A stretch of DNA of 64,000 nt from positions 182,869 to 246,868 of the forward strand of contig CAZXWN010000001.1 in assembly GCA_964644695.1 (NCBI GenBank). The letters are read 5' to 3'. The stretch is from an uncultured bacterium. GTDB taxonomy: Bacteria; UBP4; UBA4092. The position numbers and the translations under genes are program-made. The notes beneath the pieces were generated by a model that was given only the letters and a program-made list of their open reading frames with translations, made no database searches and had not been told where the DNA came from. This document shows, in pieces, positions 17,796 to 28,536 of this stretch. Each line of letters begins with the position of its first letter. The first letter of the stretch is position 1.

Positions 17796-19160
17796 CTATT
17801 CCCATTCACGAATAATGGGTGCTGCGGTGGGAACCACAGTTAATGATGTGCTTCCGGTATTTCCCTCAGAATCAGTTACAGTGATAGTTACTGCTCCTAA
17901 TCCCTTCGGTAAGAATAAACCATTTGAATCAATAGTACCTTTTGTTGTGTCACTGCAGACCCAACTATAGGGTGCAACTCCGTTTATGGCATTTAAGGTC
18001 AGTGTATTGTTGATCCCAATGGAAGAATTCCCAGGAGTTATGATGATGTTGATTGGAAGCTCCTGTAAAAATACATCATCATAAAATGCGGTGGGATTAT
18101 TTGCGGTTGTATATGTGCCATTGAAAATAATGAAACGCATATACCGGGCGCCCACAGGTGGCGTTGTTGTACTGCACATATAGACCCAACCTGCAGAATC
18201 GCCTGTAGTGTATACTGATGTGGTTGGTGGAGCTGTTAAATCACCCGTTGCTGGTGAATCAAGCAGATTCCCTTCAGTATTGTTCATATATTGAATTCCA
18301 TATCCTACTACCCCATATGAAGTTATATTGCTCCACTTCATCCATCCACCATATACATATTGTCGATCACTTTGTACAGAGATAAACCCTTTCAAGGTAG
18401 AATCTGCATTATAAAACATGCGGTAACCATAACGAGTAGTGTCATGGCTAATCCATAAAGACTGTGTTCCTGTATGAGAATCTAGTGTGGTCACCATGGC
18501 ATTGGTAATGGAGGTGTTTCTTCTCCAATAGGGTGGCGCTGATGTATAGCTGGTGTCCAGTTTTTCCATGCTTGGGTTTATTAACATGTTGGTTATGTTT
18601 GTTGACTGTAAAGTTACATTATCAGCAATCAATACGGATTCAGTGTTTGCGTTTTCTGTTCCAAAAGCAACTGAGGCTGTTTTGGCATTAGCAGGTGCCG
18701 CAAAAGTGGTTGAAATTGAAATCCAATTGCCATTGCTGCTTCCTGTGAACTTGATATCCACTGTTGAAATGGAGACGGGTGTAATTAAACTATCATCATA
18801 CAAGTAAATGCTTAAGAAAAAACTACCTGAAGTGTTCCCAGCGTATTTGACCATAGCACTCAATTTGTAATTTGTACCTGACTCAATAGCAATTTTATAT
18901 TGGCTTGTCCATTTACAAGTCGTGGAAGTATTTAATGATTTAACAAATAGAGCGCCGTTTCCTGCGTACGCGTCTGATGTTGTTGCGCAAACAGTGTTGG
19001 ATGCGGAACTCCGTAACCACCGCCTTGCAAGCACATTTCCACTGCCCCATTGATCTTCCATATCACCATTTGGCAAACGGTTACTACTGAATGCAGCAAA
19101 GCATGTGGCACAAAAACAGTAAAATAAGATAACAATTAATGAAATTTTCGTTATTTTCAT
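17796..19160 (-). CDS. Secreted protein with two CBM4/9-like domains and an Ig-like (Big_2) domain
   Basis: Signal peptide; two LxNxxME...DxV.L beta-sandwich repeats; C-terminal ITPG...GVAPYSW...GTIDSNGLF...TITVTD. Confidence 0.7.
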   Translation of the reverse strand: MKITKISLIVILFYCFCATCFAAFSSNRLPNGDMEDQWGSGNVLARRWLRSSASNTVCATTSDAYAGNGALFVKSLNTSTTCKWTSQYKIAIESGTNYKLSAMVKYAGNTSGSFFLSIYLYDDSLITPVSISTVDIKFTGSSNGNWISISTTFAAPANAKTASVAFGTENANTESVLIADNVTLQSTNITNMLINPSMEKLDTSYTSAPPYWRRNTSITNAMVTTLDSHTGTQSLWISHDTTRYGYRMFYNADSTLKGFISVQSDRQYVYGGWMKWSNITSYGVVGYGIQYMNNTEGNLLDSPATGDLTAPPTTSVYTTGDSAGWVYMCSTTTPPVGARYMRFIIFNGTYTTANNPTAFYDDVFLQELPINIIITPGNSSIGINNTLTLNAINGVAPYSWVCSDTTKGTIDSNGLFLPKGLGAVTITVTDSEGNTGSTSLTVVPTAAPIIREWE

Positions 19161-19457
19161 ACTATCTCCTTTTCAAAATTGTATTCTATAAATGTCTAAT
19201 AAAAACTTGATTTACAAGAAGTTATCACCACCTCTTTTCTTCATATAGAACCATTCTTATGACTTTCAGTGAAATCTTAATCCCTATAGGTGAAACAAAC
19301 AAGAGTTAATGGTGCGAGTTTATAAAAAAATGGTTTGAACTTTATAATATCCGTTTGAATATGATATTATGTACGACTATAATGAATAATCGATAACATG
19401 GAAATTATAATCAAGTAACTTTTCGTGATTAAATGACTCGAAAAATGAGGATGTTTT

Positions 19458-21680
19458 ATGGCAGAAGAAAAGGTGATGGTAAAAATAAGTGATTTGATAC
19501 ATATCCCTGTCGAACCTAAAGGATTGATGGTTATTCTTGGTGAACCTGGTGCAGGAAAAACTACCTTCTGTCTTCAATATATGGCTGATGTCCAAGATCA
19601 GGATGTTACAGGTCTGTTTATTTCTTTGAAGAGATTTGAAGATCGTTTTATTGACTCATTCAGCAGTCTTAACAGTGCCCTTAAACATGAAATGATTGAG
19701 TTTGGTAAAAAGACCTCCCCTGAAGATTTGATTCGTTTAATTAAACGGAATAAAGCTGATTATACTATCATTGATGATTTTCATCTTGTGGGACAGACTT
19801 GGAACACTGAACAATTAAGTAACTTCCTGATATTTTTATCTAAATGGGAAAAAGGAATACTTATTACATCTACATCCAGCAATATGAATCATAAAATATC
19901 TGAGGTAGGTATTTCTTTAGCTGATTTATCTCATATCTTTATTGAACTACGTCAGGTTGAAGTTCAACAACATCCCCATATCCAGGTTTGGATACATAAA
20001 CATCCTATTCTTGGGGATCCCCATTGTATCTATTGCTATTGGACAGCGGAAGGTTTACAGTCACAGAAAGAATCTATTACTCAGTCAACAGCATCACTCA
20101 ATATTTCTGGTAAACTTTCAACTTATAGAACATCAAGTAGCCAAGTAAGTTTGGTTTTACCTGAGATTTTGTATTTTTCGCCTCTTCATCAACAACGCGT
20201 CCAAAAACGTATTGAACTATACAATCGCCAACACACGAATTATCCTGTGCGATTACCCGATAAACCAATTGTTTCAATATTGGAATATCATCAGTTGACC
20301 CAACAGTTTGAAGAAGGAAAATCACCATTCGCTTGCTTCCCTGTTGACTTGTATCGTTTACCGGAACTTGTTGAAAAAGAGTTGATTTATCCTATTGACG
20401 ATTACTTTCCAGAAGCCGCACAGCAAGCATATCTTGATAAAGCTATCCAGCAATGCAGGTATCGGGGAAAAGTATATGCTATTCCACAGATTATAAATGT
20501 GGGTGTTATGGCATATCGTCAGGACTTATTGGATAGAATACACCGTAATCCACCAGAGACATGGAAAGAACTTGCAGATATTACAAAAGTCATTCTACGT
20601 GACCAAGGTGACCCAAAATTGCAGGGAATTGGATTTCAGGGAGCTCAATTTGAAAATCTTACCTGTAATCTACTTGAATTGATTTGGTGTAATGGTGGGG
20701 AGGTCTTTGACTCAGCAGGACATATTATTATTAACCGTCCCGAAGCCGTTGAGGCTCTTCAGTTCATGCAGGATCTGATCCATAAATATAAGTACTCACC
20801 CGATCAGACACCATTTATGATGGAATCCCACTGTGAACGATTGTTTTTGCAGGGGAAGATGATTTTTATGCGAAGTTGGCCACGGATTGTATCTCAGGCT
20901 GAACTACCTAATTCACATGTTTCTGGGCGCGTTGGCATAGTACCACTTCCAGTTGGACCTAGTGGCAGAGAAAGTGTTCCGGTAGTGGGAGCTTTTGGTT
21001 ATGTAATTCCCAGGACAGTCCCTGACCCCGAACCGGTATGGCAATTCCTTACCTCATTAATGTCTCCGGATGCTGCATTAGAATCAGCTACTATTGGATG
21101 GTCATGTCCAGTACTTAAAGAGATGTATGTGAATCCTGATGTTTTAAGGGCTCGGCCATATTATCGTCAAATGATTCAATTGATACCTAAAGGAAGATTA
21201 CGTCAATCTATACCCAATTATCCAGTATTGACTAACTTGATAAAACGTGAAGCACACTTAGCTATTAGAAATGAGAAACCAGCTCAGGATGCGCTTGATA
21301 TTATTGCACGTGAACTTCATAAATCAGTTCACAGGCAGTTACACATGGCGCCAATTCAGCAGGCAATGGACTATGTTAATGGGCATTTGAAGGATCCCCT
21401 TACACGTGATCAAGTTGCGCGTATTGTTGGTATTAGTCCTAGTCATTTCAGCGTGTTGTTTAAAGATGTTACCGGGCAAACATTTACTGATTTTCTAATG
21501 CATGCACGTATTGAAGAAGCAAGACGATTATTGGGTCGAACCGAAATGAACATTTCACAGATATCCCATGAAGTTGGATTTAATGATGAAAGTTATTTCT
21601 CATACACATTCAAACGTTTGACAGGGGTTACTCCTTCTCATTACCGTTTAAATTTACAAGGTACGATTCTATCTCTATAA
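19458..21680 (+). CDS. Fusion regulator: KaiC/RecA-like ATPase domain + sugar solute-binding domain + AraC HTH
   Basis: GEPGAGKTT Walker A; GKVYAIP...YRQDLL...PPETWKEL family-1 SBP motifs; C-terminal AraC (SPSHFSVLFK...GFNDESYFSYTFKRLTGVTPSHYR). Confidence 0.85.
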   Translation: MAEEKVMVKISDLIHIPVEPKGLMVILGEPGAGKTTFCLQYMADVQDQDVTGLFISLKRFEDRFIDSFSSLNSALKHEMIEFGKKTSPEDLIRLIKRNKADYTIIDDFHLVGQTWNTEQLSNFLIFLSKWEKGILITSTSSNMNHKISEVGISLADLSHIFIELRQVEVQQHPHIQVWIHKHPILGDPHCIYCYWTAEGLQSQKESITQSTASLNISGKLSTYRTSSSQVSLVLPEILYFSPLHQQRVQKRIELYNRQHTNYPVRLPDKPIVSILEYHQLTQQFEEGKSPFACFPVDLYRLPELVEKELIYPIDDYFPEAAQQAYLDKAIQQCRYRGKVYAIPQIINVGVMAYRQDLLDRIHRNPPETWKELADITKVILRDQGDPKLQGIGFQGAQFENLTCNLLELIWCNGGEVFDSAGHIIINRPEAVEALQFMQDLIHKYKYSPDQTPFMMESHCERLFLQGKMIFMRSWPRIVSQAELPNSHVSGRVGIVPLPVGPSGRESVPVVGAFGYVIPRTVPDPEPVWQFLTSLMSPDAALESATIGWSCPVLKEMYVNPDVLRARPYYRQMIQLIPKGRLRQSIPNYPVLTNLIKREAHLAIRNEKPAQDALDIIARELHKSVHRQLHMAPIQQAMDYVNGHLKDPLTRDQVARIVGISPSHFSVLFKDVTGQTFTDFLMHARIEEARRLLGRTEMNISQISHEVGFNDESYFSYTFKRLTGVTPSHYRLNLQGTILSL

Positions 21681-21693
21681 AAATGAATTTAAT

Positions 21694-21727
21694 AAAAGCT
21701 CCCTCGGTTATTGCCGAGGGAGCTTTT
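21694..21727 (+). terminator. Intrinsic terminator
   Basis: AAAAGCTCCCTCGG / CCGAGGGAGCTTTT 14-bp stem. Confidence 0.9.
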
Positions 21728-21915
21728 CTACTTTCTGTATCAATAATGTGAATATTTTGATATTGTTTGATTAATTGTAGATTAAAAGACTTCTAAAAAA
21801 ACAATATCTATATCAATCATACTAAAATAAAAGAAATTCCATTCATAGTCCCTTGTTGATATATTGAAGATGGACAACAATGGTAGTGTCTTACTAATTA
21901 CAAGGAGGAGTAGAT

Positions 21916-22581
21916 ATGGATAGGTGTAAAGGATTTACATTGATTGAATTGCTTATTGTTGTTGCAATTATTGCAATTTTGGCTGCTATTGCAATCCCAA
22001 ACTTCTTGGCAGCCCAAGTTCGTTCAAAAGTTGCCAGGTCCACAAGTGACTTGAGAACAATGGCAACAGCTTTAGAGTCTTATTATGTAGATAATAATGA
22101 TTATCCATTGATGGGTTTATATTCATATGAAGGCGGTGTGGCTGACACTTGGGGAATCAATGCGCCTGAAGGCACATTAACCAACAACGAACAATTTATA
22201 TCCAGACGAACAAGTATTACGACCCCCATTGCATATATTAGCAGTGAACCGTTAGACCCATTTTATATTCGTTCATTAGCTGTTGGTGGTTCAATTGCAG
22301 ATACCCCAATGATGAAACGCTATTGTTATAGCAGTCAGGGTGGATATAAAGTTGGTAGTGGTACTGATCCATTGTGGCATCAACCAGTATTTGGTGCCTG
22401 GCGGTTATGGGGGAGTGGTCCCGATGCTGATCGCAGAGATATTTATATCCGCGCCTCTGATTTGTCTGCTATGACTTATGATCCAACTAATGGTACTGTT
22501 AGTAATGGTGATTTGCTACGAAGTGTTCGTTCTGCAAACAATGAGCGTCCATTTACTGATGGTTATGTGGCCGGTCCATGA
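21916..22581 (+). CDS. Type IV pilin / pseudopilin (prepilin N-terminal methylation domain)
   Basis: KG|FTLIELLIVVAIIAILAAIAIPNF class III signal peptide; C-terminal GPD...YDPTNGTVSNGD; AGGAGG RBS. Confidence 0.93.
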   Translation: MDRCKGFTLIELLIVVAIIAILAAIAIPNFLAAQVRSKVARSTSDLRTMATALESYYVDNNDYPLMGLYSYEGGVADTWGINAPEGTLTNNEQFISRRTSITTPIAYISSEPLDPFYIRSLAVGGSIADTPMMKRYCYSSQGGYKVGSGTDPLWHQPVFGAWRLWGSGPDADRRDIYIRASDLSAMTYDPTNGTVSNGDLLRSVRSANNERPFTDGYVAGP

Positions 22582-22605
22582 AGATGTTTATCTAATCAAC
22601 TAAGG

Positions 22606-22636
22606 AAGGCGGAGATTAATATTCTCCGCCTTTTAT
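22606..22636 (+). terminator. Intrinsic terminator after the pilin gene
   Basis: AAGGCGGAGA / TCTCCGCCTT stem + T-tract. Confidence 0.85.
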
Positions 22637-22650
22637 TTAGGAAACGTGTC

Positions 22651-23895
22651 ATGTCCTATTCAATATCAAACTTAATTGTTTTAGCTGTTGTTTTGTTTTT
22701 TTTATTATCATATACCCATGGAAAACATATTATGAATCCAAAAGACAACCACAAATCTTCATCAATCATATTATTCTTAACGTCAGATGCATTTCGGAAT
22801 GATTATATTGAAATATATAAACCACCTTATTTGATTAAGATGATCAGTGAAGGTGTAAGGGTCGAACATACGGATGATGTATTTCCAACCTTAACGACAC
22901 CCAATATGACATCCCTCGTAACCGGTTCATATCCAGAGACAACTGGGATTGCTGCTAATTCTCAATATGATGTCGGAATAGATAAAATCATTGGAGCTCC
23001 TCGTAATAACAAAGCAGAAACAATATCTGAAACATTGAAAAAGAATCAATGGAAAACAGCGTCTATTAACCACTTTATGTTGGAACACCGTGGGACAGAT
23101 GAGTACATACGTACTGGATATGACAATCTAACAAAAACTACAAATGAGATTATCCAATTCCTGGAAAAGGGTGATTTTAATTTTATATCTGCAATATATG
23201 GGTTAACAGACAACTGGGGCCATAAATATGGTCCATTTGGTGAAAAAATGAAGGAAGCCGTATTAAGTACTGATTATGAGGTGGGGCGAATTATCGAAAC
23301 TATATACAGGTTGAATTTGCAAGACAGAGTTATTATTTCTTTTAATTCTGATCATGGGATGACTTCATATAAGGAAAGTAAAAATATTTTAACAGAACCA
23401 ATAAGACTTCTTCGTAAATCAGGTTATAAAGTGGCAACAAATCCCGAAGAGTTAAACGATGAAACAGAAATTATTGTATTGGCCTATGGGGTAAGAATTA
23501 TCTATTTTAGAAAGAATATAAATCTTCACGAAAGAGAAAAGGTCATTAATTTATTGAAAGTAATTGAGGGTGTGGAAATTCTGGAGAGAGATAAACTGGA
23601 CAGTCTTCATTGTCACAACAATTTATCGGGTGATGTTATTGTTAGTCCCTTACCTGGATATCTGTTTAACGATGGAGGAAGAACGGGTGGAGTTCATGGA
23701 GTCATGACTGACCGAAATCCAGTGATAATTTTTTGGGGAAAGAATGTACAAAAAGGATGTACTATTCCATCGGGGAATATAATAGATATCGTTCCAACTT
23801 TATTAGACTTAGTAAATGTAAAACCTGCCTCAACCGTTGATGGCAGAGTATTGACGGGTGTTAAAGAAACATCTTCATCCGGAACTACTCAATAA
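22651..23895 (+). CDS. Alkaline phosphatase superfamily type I phosphodiesterase / nucleotide pyrophosphatase
   Basis: [20 protein letters not shown] (Thr nucleophile), [19 protein letters not shown]-terminal signal or TM. Confidence 0.88.
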   Translation: MSYSISNLIVLAVVLFFLLSYTHGKHIMNPKDNHKSSSIILFLTSDAFRNDYIEIYKPPYLIKMISEGVRVEHTDDVFPTLTTPNMTSLVTGSYPETTGIAANSQYDVGIDKIIGAPRNNKAETISETLKKNQWKTASINHFMLEHRGTDEYIRTGYDNLTKTTNEIIQFLEKGDFNFISAIYGLTDNWGHKYGPFGEKMKEAVLSTDYEVGRIIETIYRLNLQDRVIISFNSDHGMTSYKESKNILTEPIRLLRKSGYKVATNPEELNDETEIIVLAYGVRIIYFRKNINLHEREKVINLLKVIEGVEILERDKLDSLHCHNNLSGDVIVSPLPGYLFNDGGRTGGVHGVMTDRNPVIIFWGKNVQKGCTIPSGNIIDIVPTLLDLVNVKPASTVDGRVLTGVKETSSSGTTQ

Positions 23896-24847
23896 AACTA
23901 CCGATTTTTCGGTATTTTTCATATCGTTGACGAATTAAAGCTTCTGTTGGAAGATTGATAAGTTTTGAAAGATGATCTTCGATACTATTCTTAATATTTG
24001 TAGCTGTTCCTTGTAAGTTTTGATGAGCTCCCCCCCAAGGTTCTTTAATTATTTCATCAATTACCCCAAGCTCTTTCAAATTAGAGGCCGTGATTTTTAA
24101 TGCTTCCGCTGCTTCAGGGGCTTTAGTTGCATCCCTCCACAGAATAGCAGCAGCTCCTTCAGGAGTGATGACAGAATAATATGCGTTTTCCAGCATGAGA
24201 ATGGCATCACAAACACCGATACCTAATGCGCCCCCCGAACCTCCCTCACCAATGACTACTCCTATAGAGGGAACTTCCAATGACTCCATTTCCTGGAGGT
24301 TATAAGCAATAGCTTCCGCCTGTCCACGTTCTTCAGCGCCAATTCCTGGATATGCACCTGGTGTATCAATGAAGCAGATAATGGGCATTTTGAATTTCTC
24401 TGCCATCTTCATCATTCTCAGGGCTTTTCGATAACCTTCAGGATGGGGCATCCCAAAGTTTCTTATGATATTTTCTTTTGTATCACGACCCTTTTGATGT
24501 CCAATAATCATTACCGGTAAATTATTCAATTTTGCTGGACCACAGATGATTGCTGGGTCATCTGCATAACGTCTATCACCATGGAGTTCCTGAAAATCTT
24601 CGAATATGCAATTCACATAGTCTAGTGTATAGGGTCTGTTCGGATGTCGAGCTAATTTAATACGTTGCCATGGACTCAAGTTTGAATAAATATCTTCTTG
24701 CAAGAGTCTCATTTTTACTTCAAGCGACTTTATTTCATCCGTTGTATCTACGCCTTGAGTCTCTTGAAGTTTTTGTAATTCATCAATTTGCTTTTTTATG
24801 ACAGCAATAGGTTTTTCAAAATCTAGCCATATTTCGTTTATAGCCAT
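23885..24847 (-). CDS. accA: Acetyl-CoA carboxylase carboxyltransferase subunit alpha
   Basis: [48 protein letters not shown]. Confidence 0.98.
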   Translation of the reverse strand: MAINEIWLDFEKPIAVIKKQIDELQKLQETQGVDTTDEIKSLEVKMRLLQEDIYSNLSPWQRIKLARHPNRPYTLDYVNCIFEDFQELHGDRRYADDPAIICGPAKLNNLPVMIIGHQKGRDTKENIIRNFGMPHPEGYRKALRMMKMAEKFKMPIICFIDTPGAYPGIGAEERGQAEAIAYNLQEMESLEVPSIGVVIGEGGSGGALGIGVCDAILMLENAYYSVITPEGAAAILWRDATKAPEAAEALKITASNLKELGVIDEIIKEPWGGAHQNLQGTATNIKNSIEDHLSKLINLPTEALIRQRYEKYRKIGSFIE

Positions 24848-24892
24848 CCCGGTATTCCTTTCAAGGGATTATTATCTAATTATAAAGGCAAA

Positions 24893-27800
24893 CTATCCCT
24901 TATTGCTAAACCATACATTTTCTCTTCCAAACAAATCACCAGCCTGATTAAGGAGTTGTGGACTATATTGAACACAATTTTCCAAATCTGTCATGATTGT
25001 AACTTGATAGTTCCCACTGGTTGTAGGTGTTGTGATATCCATAAAAAATCGATTAGGACCAGAATAATGGCGTAGTAATTTCTGCAGTTGCTCCAGCTTC
25101 TCTGGATCTGTTCCCCCGGAGGAGACCCTGACATGGAAACTACTCGTCAATTTATCGACAACCTGATCGAGCAGTATTGCGGCCTGAAGGGTTATATTTA
25201 CATTGTCATTAAAAGAGTCAACACGACCCACAATATGGACAAGTTTATCTTTTTCAAGGATACCTACATACTTTTCAATATCCTGGAAAACTCGAATATC
25301 ATGATGTCCAGTAAAATCTTCCAGTGTGATAATCAGGAATGGATTACCTTTTTTGCTTTTCTTTACTTTCTTATCAATAATGATCCCGGCGAGGCTCACA
25401 TTCTTTCCAATATAGGGTTCAGCATTTGATTGTAATCTAATCGCATCTGCATCAGTATAGTGTTCCACAACGGATTCATATTGCTGGAGGGGATGCCCTG
25501 AAACATAGAATCCCAATAAATCTCGCTCAAACTGAAGAATCTCATGTTGAGAAAATTCCTGGATAGGAGGATATTGAGGTTGTTGATTTGTTTCAGGAGA
25601 TGCTTCTTCAAATAAATCAAATAATGAACCCTGACCGCGTTCTTCATCTTTTTGATGAATCGCACCTTGTTCTAATGCGGCAGGCAATACAGCAAGCATT
25701 TGTGCCCGATTTGCACCGAAACCGTCAAAGGCCCCACATTTTATAAGACTTTCGATGACTTTTGAATTTATCTTTGAACTATCATTTCTTAAACAAAAAT
25801 CATATAAGTCTGTGAACTTATTCTTTTTTCTATTATTCAAAATGGATTCAATGGCGGCCTCGCCAACATTTTTCACAGCACCCAGTCCGAACCGAATTGT
25901 CTGATCATCAATAACGGTGAAATTACGATAAGATGCATTAATATCAGGAGGGAGGACCTTTAGCCCCATTTTTCTACAAGCCTTAATGTAGCCTACCATT
26001 TTGTCCTGATTACCTATTTCTGAGGTAAGCAGTGAGGCCATAAATTCAACGGGATAATGGGCTTTTAAATAGGCTGTTTGAAAGGCCACCAAAGCGTATG
26101 CCACAGTATGTGACTTGTTGAAACCATACCCCGCAAATTTAACCATTAAGTCCCAGATATACTGAGCTTGTTCTTTTTTGACGTTGTTTTTTTGTGCACC
26201 ATCAATAAACTGGGCTTCCAGTTTAGCCATCTCTTCAGGTTTTTTCTTTCCCATGGCTTTTCGTAACTTATCAGCTTCTGCCATGGTAAATCCGGACAAT
26301 ACAGAAGAAATCTGCATGACCTGTTCCTGATAGACCATTACTCCATAAGTATTTTGTAGAATCTCCTTCAGGCTGGGATGCGGATATTCAATAGGTTTTC
26401 TTCCATGACGACAGTCAATGAAGATGTCAATCATTCCAGATCCAAGAGGACCCGGACGATACAATGCAATAACCGCGGAAATATCTTCAAAATTACTGGG
26501 AGCAAGCCGCTTTAAAAGATCGCGCATTCCGTTACTTTCAAGCTGGAAAACGCCATCTGTATCTGCGCGGGTCAGTAACTCATACACTTGTGGATCATCT
26601 AAAGGTAAATCGTGCAGGTCAAGCTCGATCCCTCTCCGTTTTTTTACCAACTTTGCCGTATCATATACAACGGTTAAAGTTCGAAGACCCAAAAAGTCCA
26701 TTTTCAGGAGTTTTATTTCATCGGCAACGGTTCCCATTTCAAATTGGGTAGTAATATCCTCCGTTCCTGGAGGCCGGTATAAAGGAACATAGTTAGTTAA
26801 TTCACTGGGAGAAATTACAACCCCTGCTGCGTGGGTTGAGGCATGTCTTGGAGACCCTTCCAACCATTTTGCGGCAGTAAGAACTTGTTTATAGGTTTCA
26901 TTATCACCATATAATTTTTTTAACTCAGAACTTTCATTGATTGCTTTATCAATTGTCCACCCGGGACCATTGGGAATTAATTTTGCCAGTTTATCAACTT
27001 CTGCCAGGGGAACATTCATGGCTCGGCCAACATCTCTGATGGCGTTTTTTGCCGCCATGGTTCCAAAGGTTATGATCTGGCAAACACTGTCACGACCATA
27101 TTTTTCCGTGACATAATCAATTACTTCTCCACGTCGAACGTAACAAAAATCAACATCAATATCAGGCATGGAGATGCGGCTTGGATTTAAAAATCTTTCA
27201 AAGATGAGTCCATATTTTAGTGGGTCAATTTGTGTGATGCCCAGACTATAAGCAACAATTGAACCCGCGGCTGAACCTCGACCTGGACCTACAGGAATTC
27301 CCTGTTGTCGGGCGTGATGAATGAAATCCCAAACAATCAGGAAGTACCCGGCAAATCCCATATCTGTGATGACCCCTAATTCATATTTGGTTCTCACTTC
27401 AATTTCAGGGGTAATTGATTGGAACCGCTGTTTTAATCCCTGCCAGACAAGTTCTTCGAGATAACTGTTCAGATTATACCCGTCTGGAACCGCATAATTT
27501 GGAAGGAGATAACCATCGTATGTGAGTTTAATATCCACCATCTCAGCAATGGCCCGGGTGTTTAAAATAGCTTCAGGAATATCTTTAAAAGCTGTTTTCA
27601 TTTCATCGGGTGACTTGTAGTAGAAAGAATCATGCCTAAACCTTAATCGGTTAGGGTCATCCAGAGTTTTACCCGTTTGTACGCAAAGCAGGATATCATG
27701 CAGTTCTGCATCTTCTTTCTTTAAGTAGTGACAATCATTTGTTGCCACCAGCGGAAGATTCATTTTTTTTGAAAGTGCTAATAATTTTCGATTAATGGTA

Positions 27801-28408
27801 ATTTGTTCTTCGTAACCATTATCTTGAATTTCTAAATAAAAATTATTGGGCCCGAACATCTCCGCTAAACGAGCGGCTTTTTGATATGCCTCATTGTCAC
27901 GGGAGTTCAGCAGCAGGTTAGGGACTTCTCCCTGCATGCAGGCTGTCAGACAGATCAAATCATCATGATGCTGTTCCAATAATTCCCAGTCAATTCGTGG
28001 TTTATAATAAAACCCTTCCAGGTATGCTTTTGAGGATAAAATGCTCAGATTTTTATAACCGTTAGCATTCTTGGCCAATAAAATCAGATGATAGTTACGT
28101 TCTTTTGTTGCTTCTTCAACCCCGCTCTTGGTATCAAACCGACTATGAGGTGCAACATACATTTCACAGCCGATGATGGGTTTTATGTTTTCTTTTTTAC
28201 AGCTTTTGTATAATTCCATGGCGCCAAATAAATTGCCATGGTCAGTCACAGCAACGGCTGGAATTCCATAACCCTGAGCTGTTTTAATGGCTTGTTTTAT
28301 TCGACATGCCCCATCCAATAATGAGTATTGGGAATGCATGTGCAAATGAACAAAGTCAGCAACGGGTATGTTGGATTTTTCGATTGGTTCTGTAATAACT
28401 TCAGCCAT
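24893..28408 (-). CDS. dnaE: DNA polymerase III alpha subunit
   Basis: FVHLHMHSQYSLLDGA PHP domain, GPGRGSAAGS, MPDIDVDF, YGFNKSH, C-terminal OB fold. Confidence 0.98.
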   Translation of the reverse strand: MAEVITEPIEKSNIPVADFVHLHMHSQYSLLDGACRIKQAIKTAQGYGIPAVAVTDHGNLFGAMELYKSCKKENIKPIIGCEMYVAPHSRFDTKSGVEEATKERNYHLILLAKNANGYKNLSILSSKAYLEGFYYKPRIDWELLEQHHDDLICLTACMQGEVPNLLLNSRDNEAYQKAARLAEMFGPNNFYLEIQDNGYEEQITINRKLLALSKKMNLPLVATNDCHYLKKEDAELHDILLCVQTGKTLDDPNRLRFRHDSFYYKSPDEMKTAFKDIPEAILNTRAIAEMVDIKLTYDGYLLPNYAVPDGYNLNSYLEELVWQGLKQRFQSITPEIEVRTKYELGVITDMGFAGYFLIVWDFIHHARQQGIPVGPGRGSAAGSIVAYSLGITQIDPLKYGLIFERFLNPSRISMPDIDVDFCYVRRGEVIDYVTEKYGRDSVCQIITFGTMAAKNAIRDVGRAMNVPLAEVDKLAKLIPNGPGWTIDKAINESSELKKLYGDNETYKQVLTAAKWLEGSPRHASTHAAGVVISPSELTNYVPLYRPPGTEDITTQFEMGTVADEIKLLKMDFLGLRTLTVVYDTAKLVKKRRGIELDLHDLPLDDPQVYELLTRADTDGVFQLESNGMRDLLKRLAPSNFEDISAVIALYRPGPLGSGMIDIFIDCRHGRKPIEYPHPSLKEILQNTYGVMVYQEQVMQISSVLSGFTMAEADKLRKAMGKKKPEEMAKLEAQFIDGAQKNNVKKEQAQYIWDLMVKFAGYGFNKSHTVAYALVAFQTAYLKAHYPVEFMASLLTSEIGNQDKMVGYIKACRKMGLKVLPPDINASYRNFTVIDDQTIRFGLGAVKNVGEAAIESILNNRKKNKFTDLYDFCLRNDSSKINSKVIESLIKCGAFDGFGANRAQMLAVLPAALEQGAIHQKDEERGQGSLFDLFEEASPETNQQPQYPPIQEFSQHEILQFERDLLGFYVSGHPLQQYESVVEHYTDADAIRLQSNAEPYIGKNVSLAGIIIDKKVKKSKKGNPFLIITLEDFTGHHDIRVFQDIEKYVGILEKDKLVHIVGRVDSFNDNVNITLQAAILLDQVVDKLTSSFHVRVSSGGTDPEKLEQLQKLLRHYSGPNRFFMDITTPTTSGNYQVTIMTDLENCVQYSPQLLNQAGDLFGRENVWFSNKG

Positions 28409-28474
28409 TTTCTTGATTACCTGTAATAGTCCATAGAGTTGTTTCTATTCTATCAAAACAATCCATTATTTCTT

Positions 28475-28483
28475 TGTGGATAA
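28475..28483 (-). promoter_or_regulatory. Consensus DnaA box upstream of dnaE
   Basis: TGTGGATAA on + strand = TTATCCACA on - strand; single copy, so may be chance. Confidence 0.4.
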
Positions 28484-28536
28484 TTCATGCTAAGTAGGTT
28501 AGACCGCAAGCATGCCGATAAAAGCCCTCCAAAGCG

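Noticed and set aside
21759-21808. 10-bp inverted repeat GATATTGTTT / AAACAATATC upstream of the pilin gene
   Set aside because: Very AT-rich context and a 30-nt spacer; cannot be distinguished from chance
24893-28408. Intein or split in dnaE
   Set aside because: 1171 aa is a normal length, the motifs are contiguous, and no intein splice motifs were seen
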